A program made the position numbers and the translations under genes. From Tricharina praecox (Eukaryota): a stretch of DNA of 31,454 nucleotides. Below are positions 11,713-21,953 of the stretch, piece after piece; positions within the stretch are counted from its first letter, which is position 1, and the number at the start of each line of letters is the position of its first letter. A model generated the notes under the pieces. That model was given only the letters and a program-made list of their open reading frames with translations, did not search any database and was not told the origin of the DNA. The stretch is from NCBI RefSeq assembly GCF_024521635.1, contig NW_026250411.1, forward strand, positions 1,240,001-1,271,454, written 5' to 3'.

Positions 11713-12758
11713 AAAGTCAGCTCTCCAGACCACCTCCACTGCCCCGCACGCGCTGCCGCCGGGAAGCTGGCAGGCAGGTATGTATGCACAAGTAATCGGT
11801 TGACTACCTCCTACATACATAGTACCTAGGTCCTACATGTCCCCTCTCTCTTCCGAATCGCCAACTCCGCACACTACCGAGAGAGTACAAATAAAATCCA
11901 TCCAACCGCTGGAAGCCGGTGGTGGTGGGTGTTTCCGACTCAAGCCTCAGGGTACTTACTCTAGTATCTAGGTTAGGTATATAGTACTCTACATGACTAA
12001 CTATCCTGTCACCTGTACGACCGATCAGCTCAGCGCTGCTAAATTTAACCTCGCCTGCATCCGCGATTCCGTGACTATCCTACCTAATCCATCCATCTAG
12101 TTACTCTAGTTATGTACTCTACTTTACTCTACTTTACTACTACTAACTATAAGCATGCACTGCGTACGGTTAGGCAAGGCAAGACGGCAGGCTGCGATAA
12201 TAGAGTATCTAGACGGTATGTACCCAGTGCACTCAGCACTGGCCTGAAGAATCGTTATTGTAGCACACTCGCAATATCTCTACGCGAAACCGTCCCCGCC
12301 AATCACTGGGCGGGTATGTACTAGTATAGGGTGACACGCGAACGGAGGAGGGGCTGGCGACCTATTATTCCATCCTTCATCGTGGCGCGCGCACCCTTCC
12401 TTCCACGCCTTTGTACAAGGGAGGTGGGTATCTACCGATATTATTACATGGGTGGGGAAGACAATGCTTATTTGCAGCCTCTCTGCTCCGCTTCTCAACA
12501 CCACTTGATTTTACTTGTCGTCCGTCTTTGTCGTCTTATGTGCATCCGTTGGCCGGATCCATCTGCTAAGTGCCCAGTGCCCCATCCACACCTCGTACAT
12601 AGATACCCAGAATACGACAGGTATCGTACATCCATTCATTCATAGATCGTCCACTCCGCCCACTCCGCCCACCCTCTTCTTCTTCTTCTTCTTGTTCTTG
12701 TTCTTCTTCTTCTGTTCTTCTCCCAATCTCTCCGCAAAACTCCCCACCGGACAGAAAA

Positions 12759-14009
12759 ATGCGTCCACCCCGCTCCCTTCTCGCCTTCTTCGCCGCAGTT
12801 CTCACCATATCGACAACCCACGCCCAAGACCTCCCGGAAACCCTCTACTTCGTCCCCTTCTGCGCGCACGGCTGCATCGCGACCTTCCTGCCAGCCTACA
12901 TTTCCGCGCCGTTCTCGTCGTGCCAGACGTGGGCGGGGAACACGAACCCGACCGTCGCCGCGGCCGAGACCAGCGCCGAAAAGATCCGCGCCCAAATCGC
13001 GGGATGCGTCTGGGACGGCTGCGGCGCCGAGGCTAATCAGGACGCTGGTTTCCAGGAGGCCCTGGCCGGCGTGTGTCCGCCTGCGAGGACGCCGAGTGCT
13101 AGTTCGAGTGCTAGTCCGAGCCCGACGCCGACGCCGACGACGACGCCGGCTCCGGTGCAGGCCGTGGAGGATGTTGATGATATGGAGGAGAAAGATGCGC
13201 AGCGGCAAGGCTCGTCGTCGGGTGGAGGCCTGGCGCCCGGCGCAATCGCCGGCATCGTCCTGGGCGTACTGATCTTCCTGACACTCGTCGCCGCAGCGGT
13301 ATTCTTCTTCCTCCGCCGGCGCTCGCAGCGGCGGGAGACGCCGCATCAGCACTCCGAGACGAGGGAATTCGTCGAGCCCAAGGGCTGGCACAATCTTTCG
13401 AGCGGGAACGCGAGCACGAGCACGAGCACCACGCCGTCGCCGCCGCCGGGTGCACCTCTTTACCAGCACGAGCAGGAGCAGGAGCACGAGCCGATGCCCC
13501 CGCGACAATCCCGCGGCTTCGATTTCGCTTTCGACGTGGAAGCTACCGCGGGCGCGCACGTCAGCCCCGTGGTCTCGCCCGAACAGGAATACGTGCGTCC
13601 CATGTCCGTGCGGCCGGACGAGAACCCGGAGCTGTGGAGTCCCGTGTCGCCGGTTTCGCCAGTGATCGGCGCGTTCCCGTTCCCCTTCCCGCCGGAGGTT
13701 CGCCGTCAGGAGCAGGAGCAGGAGCAGGAGCAACAGCAGGAGGAGGAACAGGGGCCGTATGGGCACGGCATAGTGTCGATGCCGTATCTGCCCAGGAATT
13801 CAATGCTGAATCGCTCTGATTCGGTCGAGTGGAGGAGGGAGGTTGAGGAGGCGGCTGAGCGCGCGGCTACGAGAGTTGGTTTGAAGGTTTCCGAGCCCAT
13901 TCTGGAGACGACGCCGGCGCCTGCGCCTGCGCCTGAAACGAGGTGGACTCGACGCGTCAGCGAGGGGGTACTGGGGAAAGCAAGAAGGGCTAGTGGTGCT
14001 GGGCGATGA
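12759..14009 (+). CDS. Single-pass type I membrane protein with signal peptide, Cys-rich CFEM-like ectodomain, S/T/P stalk, Mid2/Skg6-like TM helix and disordered cytoplasmic tail (416 aa)
   Basis: Hydrophobic N-terminus ending THA-Q. Six Cys (VPFCAHGC...SSC...AGCVWDGC...GVCP). TM GGLAPGAIAGIVLGVLIFLTLVAAAVFFFL followed by RRR. GC3-rich codons, CT-rich 5' region, AAAAATG context. Confidence 0.85.
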   Translation: MRPPRSLLAFFAAVLTISTTHAQDLPETLYFVPFCAHGCIATFLPAYISAPFSSCQTWAGNTNPTVAAAETSAEKIRAQIAGCVWDGCGAEANQDAGFQEALAGVCPPARTPSASSSASPSPTPTPTTTPAPVQAVEDVDDMEEKDAQRQGSSSGGGLAPGAIAGIVLGVLIFLTLVAAAVFFFLRRRSQRRETPHQHSETREFVEPKGWHNLSSGNASTSTSTTPSPPPGAPLYQHEQEQEHEPMPPRQSRGFDFAFDVEATAGAHVSPVVSPEQEYVRPMSVRPDENPELWSPVSPVSPVIGAFPFPFPPEVRRQEQEQEQEQQQEEEQGPYGHGIVSMPYLPRNSMLNRSDSVEWRREVEEAAERAATRVGLKVSEPILETTPAPAPAPETRWTRRVSEGVLGKARRASGAGR

Positions 14010-14411
14010 TGGCTGGAAGGGTTTCGGTTTTTTTTTCTTCTTTTCTTCTCTCCTGTCTTGTTTTCTCTTCTGTGCGGGCATTTTCGGCGTTTAGGGGTGT
14101 GCGGCGTTTTATGTTTTATATGGTTTCGCATGATGGATGGGGCTCTGTATTTATTTATGAGCGTGCATGGTGGCGTACGTATGAGGGAGATGGTGGTATG
14201 TGCAATGAAGTTGAATGGTAGTGGTCATGTATTTATCCTACGATCCTAAATGCCCATGATATCATGTCCAACATTTGCCTGCGAGTCTCCCTGAACCACC
14301 GCCACTGTCGAATTGCATTCCGCATTGCAGTTGCCTCCCCACAACATTCTCCTTTGTCGTCCCGCCTGAATCGTCGTGGATAAAAATCATCGGTTCACTC
14401 TCCCTCAATCG

Positions 14412-16245
14412 CTATGACCTCGGCCCCGAAGGTCGACCAGGAGGAGGCACTACCTCTCCGACGTTTGGTTTCCGTGCCACGATGAAGTGGCTTGAGAAAG
14501 GGCTAATCAGATACAGCTGACCCTGATGCGACGGGAGGTACTAACTGGTAGTTGTAGATATGCGCACTACGATCGCTGAGCGTACTGAGCGCGCCATCGC
14601 ACACGGCCGCCGCCTGCTCACTCGTGTAGCCACCAACTCGCGTCATCAGCGCCATACCATACGCCTCGAGGCCCGTCATCAGCACCAGTCTTGCCCATCG
14701 TCCCAACTCCTTGAGAGTTTCGTCCTCCGCCCATGGACCCCACGGAAGCTTCTTGACCGTGTGCTGTATATCTACGAACCCAGCTTCGCGGCACATTCGT
14801 TTCAGCGCCGGCGCCGGATGGATGAGTAAGCCCGACTGCACAGCGCAGGCGCCGACCTTCTCCATGTAGACGTGCACCGGACCCCCGGGTATGTATGTGC
14901 CGTCGTCGCTGTGCGCGGATATGTTGTGCTCGACTATCTCAATGTAGCCGCCGGGTGTCGTGTGGTGGTATAGACGCTCGATGTAGGATTTCCAGTCGCG
15001 CATCGAGAGGTTGAGATGGCGGGAGTGGATGAAGTCGAAGTGATTCTACGTGTGAGATTAGTCTGTGCCGGAAGTGGGTTGGGACGATGAAGGACCAACG
15101 GGGGGAAATGTCCATTCGCTCTCGGCGTCATCCTGACATTTTGTGAGTGATTTGTCATGTAGGGTGTAGGAGTTTTTGATTTTGATTTTCTTACGATTTC
15201 GAACTGGCAGTTCTACTCGGATTCGTGGCTGTGTCAGCTGGAAATACCTGAGCCGGCGGGAAGCTTGGGCGTACATACCGGTGGAACCCTGAGAAAGTTA
15301 GCCAGCCAGGTGGTAAGTAGGGAGGAAGGGCAAATGCTACCATTCGGGCTGGATAGGCGACAGATCCGTGCCGATGATCTGTGAGGTCTTGGGGAGCTGG
15401 TCGGCCAGCGCGATAGCCCATATCCCAGTACCGGTGCCTACATCCAGCACTCGTGCCGGGTTGTCGATCGGAGCAAGGGTGAGCCGTCCTCCAAGGAAGA
15501 CCAGGTACATGTGGTGAACAATGTCCAACCTTTGTTTTGAGTCAGCTCGGGGTCGGAAGGAGGGTAGCGGGACGGGCCGAAACGTTGGGGCGAAGAGTTT
15601 TACCTGTCTTTTTCTATCTGGAACAAAGAGAAACATGTGTTAGTCATTGGGTTGAGTTAGGTTGTGGGGTTTGATGGAGGCATGTGGGAGAAATGAGAGA
15701 ATCAAACCTCGTCGTTGGGCATTAAGTAAGCTCCGTCCCTGTACCGATGGTACGTCCGTCCGTTCTCGTAGCTGACCATAGTGGTATTAGTTGCCGGCGG
15801 TACAGTTACAAGTTATATGGCTTGAGTAGTCCAGTCCTAGCCGAACATACCGGTAATCGTAGATCGACGAGGTTACCGAAAAGGTATCACCACTTTTTAT
15901 TGTCAGGATCCAATCAGCTCACTTCTCATGCCTCCAGTCCCGAGCACCTGGTTACTGGGACACCTGGGAAATCACTCACTCCATGAGGTAATCAAGGGCT
16001 CGTTCGTCGTCGGCATCGGCCTGAAGTTCCATGCATCAGCTCTATTAGTGGATTGCGGGATTGAAATTACACTCTGTGGGGGACCAAAAGCTGAACGGGA
16101 GGGCTCGGGAGGGGGGAGGGGGAAAGTCCACACATACCAGCCTAGGATCGACTGCGATGGGATCGATTCCCACCACCGCCGAATTGTCGGTTGAAGATCT
16201 CGAGCTGTTCATGCCGCTGTTGTTGCCGTAATAATTTGCGGCCAT
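14412..16245 (-). CDS. LaeA-like class I SAM-dependent methyltransferase, 11 exons, ~365 aa
   Basis: Hand-spliced exons 16138-16245, 15980-16020, 15851-15892, 15708-15771, 15604-15617, 15341-15529, 15279-15288, 15195-15212, 15100-15132, 14546-15045 and 14412-14490 (all GT..AG, phases consistent, 1098 nt). Motifs [86 protein letters not shown] and ARKP. Confidence 0.93.
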
Positions 16246-17939
16246 GCCTCAGGGAAGTGGTGAGTGGGTAAGAATACTGAGGGAGCTCAGCGGGTGATTG
16301 AATGGCGCGGAGTTTGCGGGACTTTTGGTGTGGGAGTGTGTAGGTACGAAGGGAGGGGGGGGGATGTGGTAGCCGTCCCGAGGGTACGGTAGAGGTGGGG
16401 CAGCTGTTGGGGGGCTGTGGTGAGGCGACAGGTAAGGGGCCGAAGGTGAAGTTTTAGAGGATGCCAGGTTGTGGGACGATCGGGAGTCGGAACGGACCTT
16501 GCGCCCGGAGGGAAGTCCAAGGAGGAGTAGGAGGAAAAGGAGGGGGAAGCAGAAGCAAGAGGAGGAGAATCCGAAGGAGGAGGACAAGCAGGAGGAGGGC
16601 AGAAGGAGGAGGACGAGGACGAGGAGAGAAGAGGAGAAAGAGAAGAAGAGGAGTACGGGCCAACGATGGTAACGGTGAGGCCGAATAGCAGTGGCGATCT
16701 GAAGCTAAGGTGGGCGTTTGTCGGCCACGAATATGGCACGTATTATTTGGATGACAGGTATTTACTTGCCTCCCTGTGCAGCCCGGTAGGCGGGTCTGGT
16801 GCTCGATGATTGAGTGGAGGCGGTAAGAGCCACGCAAGGGGATAGGTATCTTCAGGTATCATACATACGAAGCGATGCACCCGATTCTGCAGCGAGGTGG
16901 ATATGGAGGTGGTGGTGGCGGCGGGGGGTTTCCTCCTGGAGAAAACGCAAGCAGCACAAGAAACCCAGCTGGCGGGATCCAGCTGCTTTTTCGTGTGTAA
17001 CCCCAATGGAGTGGATGCGCCCTGCCTGCGCTCCACCACCTTATCCGCTCCCGGTATCTGATATTCGTGGACCTATATACATGCCGGTACTCTAAGTACT
17101 CTGCGTACTGCCACCAGTGCCCCTTCCCGCAGAAGATGTATGGTAGCTGGAACGATCGGCCAGTCTGCCTTGTCACTTACCTACGCTCGTTCTCCATCTC
17201 GGGACCAAAACATACCTACCGCCGGGCCGTTCAATTCTTACCGACCGTCGTCATCCGTCGTCCTCCGTTCTCACATTCCGACCGTTGTTTCCCCCAGTTC
17301 TTACCGACCAGAGTCGTCGCCCTGTTCCACCTCCTCCTCCTCCTCCTCCACCTCCCGCACCGGTGATATCTGCTCTCGATGCGACTCCTCGGTCCAGATT
17401 GTGCTCATTCTGAGGAGAACAGCCCTTCTCTGCTGGCTTCGTGGGGGCTTCCCCGCTTTCTGTTCGGTCAACACATCATCACTGAGACCGGTGCTTGCAG
17501 GAGGAGATAGATGCTAACTAAGGACAGATATACCCTGGACTCTGCAGCCGGCTTGCCTCCTCGCTAGCCTACACCTGCCAACTCGGTACTGCCCAGCTAA
17601 TCCGGCGTCCTCCACCCCCCATGCAACCCGGACTCTAGCCTTACAAAATTTCCAAAATGCGGCGGGCTAGGCAAGTCCTTACTTCATGATCGGTTGTGTA
17701 CTCTGCGAGTTGTTGAGCTAGTAACCAGAGCAAGTGGTGCTAAAATGGAGGGCAGGATTGGTGGAAAAGTGGGAGCCTTGCCCGTCCGACCTAGGTACGG
17801 TAGTTGTCGGTGTTTGACCACTTGGGTCATATACGGTGCATACGGTGCGAGTCTGCCAGAACTAGATGCGTGAGAGCTATCGATCGGTTCCACGATCGAA
17901 TCTTGGACACCGCTTTGCACGCCGAGCCTCGACATCTTG

Positions 17940-18220
17940 CCAGTCGAAGGGGATGGGATGATGGCCAGTAGAGGAGGATAATGGCTGGTTGAGGAGGATA
18001 ATGACCAGTCGAGAGCATAATAGCCAATGGAAAAGGGCAATAGTCGGTCGAGGAGGATAATGGCCAGTGGAAGAGGGTAATATTCGGTCGAGAAGGATAA
18101 TGCCAATCGAGGAGGATGATGGCCGGCCGAGGAGGATTCGACGGTTCTGAACCTTTCTCCGTTTACGGCATGTCTTTCTCTGTTTACGGCATGCCTTTCT
18201 CTGTTCAAGCCATGTCTTTC
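17940..18220 (+). repeat. Two adjacent degenerate minisatellites (~20-bp GAGGAGGATAATGGCCAGTC x~10, then 21-bp CTTTCTCYGTTTACGGCATGY x~3)
   Basis: Visible periodicity at 17940-18136 and 18153-18220. Confidence 0.8.
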
Positions 18221-18664
18221 AACAGTCCATTGAGCCAATCGGAAGTGACAGCGGTCGACCGTATCGTGACGGCGTTTGAAACCTGCAGCGGCCTCCAGAA
18301 ATGACGTGTCAGATGGAGACGATACCAGCGCGGTACGCGAACGAGTTTAAGCGCCTCAAACGTGGTGGCCCGGGATCGTAAACTCAAAGATATGTATAGA
18401 TATATTCGACGGAGGTGTGGTCCTATCTGGGAATCATTCTTACTGGATGATGACCACGGTGGCATGCGATACCCTCGAACGGGTATGTAGGACCCGCATG
18501 ATGGGATTGTGATTGCGATGATGATATGGTGATGATGTACATAATATGTAGTTCTCATTAAGGGGTCACCTGTTTCAAGACTCAACCAAAAAAGCAGAAA
18601 ATGTTTGCTCTATACGAGCGGAAGGCGTTAGGTAACTGAAGACTGTCATCTTCAGCTGTAATCC

Positions 18665-19976
18665 TCACCAACCTCTCCACCGAACCCACACATCCGTCAC
18701 CACATCGCCATCGGTCACGAAATACCACCCATGCCCGTTACCCGCAATGCAGGCATGCTGTGGCCAGACCCTAACTTTCATACCCACACTCAACTCCATA
18801 GGCTCTCCGTCGCCTTCAACTGTTAATATGGCATGTTCTTGGCTGATCCTTCCGACAACCCATCCACTCTTCGCGACGCCATCCCACGATTCTCCATCCT
18901 TCCAACCGGTCACAAGCCCCCACCCGGGGTAAACACCCTCCATCCCACCCGGCTCGCGACCCAGAGCAGTCGTCCCGAATGCAACCAATGCCTCCCGACG
19001 GTCAGGATACACACTGACCACTTCTACCATGATCGTAAGCGCGACATCGGCGAGACCCAAACCGGCTGGCCGTGTCGCAAGTTGCTGCAGATCCAGCAGC
19101 GTGTAGACGCCTGCGTGCAACTCGAATCTCCACTGTCCTCCGCCTATCTGCTGAAGATTTGCCACGACCCCTTTGATTTCAGAAGCACTCAATGCCGTTG
19201 GCGTGGCGCCAACCGAGAGGACCAATTGCCGCTCTTCATCGTGCGCCGTTAACTGGGCCCCGGAGATAACCGTGTTGAGTTCCACTGCCAGCAACTGCAT
19301 CGATTCCTGCGCGCTGGTGCTGCTGTACGAGTGGCCAGCATGCGAGTAGAATCCAACCAGCGACACAGCTCCCGTCTTCTCCGCTGCGGCAATCGCCTCC
19401 AGCAATAGTTTCAGTTCGACCGAGGTGGTTGCCAGTCCCGCACGATGGTACCCGTTGTCGAGCTTGACGAAAACGCTCAACGGACCGCCTTCGGTCGGTG
19501 GAGCGGGAAGCTGTGCCGGATGGTCGATCATCACGGAGATGGTCAATCTCGGGTTGCGGGAACGCAGAGCGAGCAGCCGCGATTGCGCCGAGGGTGCAAG
19601 AGGAACTCCATACAGGATGTCCGTTACGGTCCCGTCGCGCACGAGCGGTTCGAGCGCTTCGGCTTCACGCACGGTCGAGACGATCACATTCCCCGTGCCG
19701 AGCCCCGAAAGTTGTAGTCGCGTCACCTCGGTGGTCTAGCGGGGTTGGCAGGTTAGCCATGTCGCCGCGAGTTTCAGGAGGATGAGGAACCTTGTGCGTT
19801 TTGACGTGCGGACGCAAGCCGATGTCCAGGCGCTGCGCGACGTCCACGAGACGAGCGCAGTTACGACGCACTGTGGGCTCATGCAGGATCGCACATGGAG
19901 TTGGAAGCTCACGCAGCGGACGGCCGATGAACTGGGAGAGCGACGATACGTCGGCCGAAGGATAGAGGGCACTCAT
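18665..19976 (-). CDS. DSD1: D-serine dehydratase (PLP- and Zn-dependent, fold type III), 2 exons, ~418 aa
   Basis: Exon 1 19791-19976 (LPTP...RPHVKTHK, PLP lysine), 55-nt GT..AG intron with GCTAAC branch point, exon 2 18665-19735. Motifs YHRAG, YSHAGHSY, SVGATPT, ELHAGVY, ISQEH, PQHAC and C-terminal W.RWRGW. Confidence 0.9.
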
Positions 19977-21446
19977 GGGTGGTTCGTGTTTTCCTTTGAG
20001 GAAGCGGGAACTGCGGGGAAGCGAACATGATGTCATCCGTGGGTGCATGACAGTCACGTGCCCTCGGAGAATTTTAATTTGCGGGCTTTTCATAGCGGCG
20101 ACAGATTTAACTTTTAGGTATCGAATCGAATTTAGGACCCTCATGACGCATCGAAAGAAAGGCTCCGACAGACTCTCGTGCTTTCCTCGCTTTCCTCGGC
20201 CGTCGAAGGAGGTGCTCTCGCACTCAACACCGACCATATCGGAGACTTCCCCAACCGCGCCAATAATCCACGCCAATGCCGCCGGAACCGTGGTGCTGCG
20301 AAGAATTTTGCTTCCAGAACTTGCTTACCAGCGGTAACTAGTGCCTACCGCTGCCTCCGCATGACTTTGCCCACAACAGGCTACATACGATGATACTACT
20401 CCATATACGGCACCCTATCGATTAAAGCCAGAACATGCGGAAGCGCTATGCTCGACTTCACTCTGAACTTCATATTTACAGCTTTTTTTGTGTGGCCCGA
20501 ACCTTCTTGGATCGATGAAAAGCTTGAATTCTACGTAATTCTAAGAAAACGGGCGTGGACTGGGATAAACGGCATGATAGGCGGATTTTTTACTTTTATT
20601 TTGTTTCGTTTCATCCTTCATTGCGCTCGACGTTGGGAGATCATGAGTTGCATGTGTACAGTTTTCGCTCCCACCGTGTCCGACCGCTGGCCGTAAGCTG
20701 GATGTGGGTTCACGGTGGCTCTCCGCCCCGTCCTATCCAGCGAAGACAAAAAGAGTGTGAGAAAGACAGACAGAATGGAAGGCAGAGCGACGACAGAGTG
20801 AAAGAAGGGAGGAAAGAGAGGGATAAGGGAAAAAAGAAGGAAGGAAAGCACGAGAAATAAAAAGAAAAAGGATGAGAAAGAGACAGAGACCGGTTAGAGC
20901 CACTAGGTAAGTACAAGCCTGTCCATCCTCCAACCAAGGAGACCATCCAATCCAACTCCTCGTCCCGGCCCGATTCTTTTTCCCACTCCCGGCGCTCTGA
21001 TTTCCGTCGCTTTTCTTCCGCCCTGGGCCGAACGCATCCCAATCTATCGGGGACGTTTTCTTGGTACCATCTTATGCTGTGCCCCAGCTCGCATTAGGGA
21101 TGAGGTCAGGAGGGGTTGGGTGGAAGGAATAGCTGGGAGTCTGCCGCCACCACACCTTCGCTTTTCGCATTTTCTGACCGTTCTGCTCTTTTTTCTACCA
21201 GCTGCTCTCGCCCATTCGTTTCTTGGTCCTGCTATGTGGTATGATGATAAGCGGATGAATGTACGCACGCTGAACGCAATTAAAGCGAGTGACAAAGCAT
21301 GCACATCTGATGGCGAAAAGGCGTGACCAAAGTCACATGAACTCAAGGGACTATTAAGCTATTGCTATTATACAGGAAATTCCCAGTCGAGCTCATGACT
21401 TCCATTTAAGCAAGACAACGATGACTTGCTCCAATCGATGACGCTC

Positions 21447-21953
21447 TTACTCAATGACGCTCTCGATGTTCTCCTCCTTGACAGCAGCCGCCTTGCCAGT
21501 TTTCTCATTTCTGATCTGTCAGAAATACTCGCATCAGCGTCTCCATTCTCATTACATGTTCACTCGACAGCCTCCTCCTCCGCGCCTGTGCGCCCCGCTG
21601 CGGACTCTGCTGCCCTCATCGCCACACGTATCTTGTCCATTCTCGCCACGGAGGGGGGACTGGACGTGGAGCGGTGGTCGGGGTACCGCGATCGCAGATC
21701 GTGGGTGGACGATGACCGGCGCTGACGTACCTCGTATCTAGGATCCTTCTCGCTGGCCTGAACGGTCACCTGCGCATCGCCGGCCTGGGTGGGCTCCGTG
21801 AGGACGCGCTCGATCTTGCCGACGCTGGTGGAGGTGCCGGTGCGACCTACCACACCGAACGGATGTGTCAGCATTGTCCCGGCAAGAGGAGGCTGGATAC
21901 GGACCACCGATGGGGTGATACTCGACGCGGGCTCCTTCGCTGTACTTAGGCAT
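21447..21953 (-). CDS. Small Hva1/TUDOR-like (hypervirulence-associated, DUF2945-type) protein, 3 exons, 77 aa
   Basis: Exons 21905-21953, 21731-21846 and 21447-21515 with GT..AG introns give MPKYSEGARVEYHPIGGRTGTSTSVGKIERVLTEPTQAGDAQVTVQASEKDPRYEIRNEKTGKAAAVKEENIESVIE. The AS..DPRYEI.N..TGK pattern is recognised from this family. TATA-like TTTATATA near 22078-22085. Confidence 0.82.

Noticed and set aside
12636..13766. 376-aa minus-strand ORF
   Set aside because: Antisense shadow of the GC-rich 12759-14009 gene, low complexity.
14412..16245. Naming the methyltransferase laeA
   Set aside because: Motifs are family-wide, and orthology to LaeA needs a phylogeny.
19977..20276. In-frame N-terminal extension of DSD1
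   Set aside because: The upstream sequence looks like promoter/UTR. Homology-like sequence begins at MSALYP (CCACCCATG context). An extension is not excluded but is unsupported.
12759..21953. Secondary-metabolite or D-amino-acid gene cluster (methyltransferase plus D-serine dehydratase)
   Set aside because: No backbone enzyme, transporter or regulator. LaeA-like methyltransferases are a large dispersed family, so adjacency alone is not evidence.
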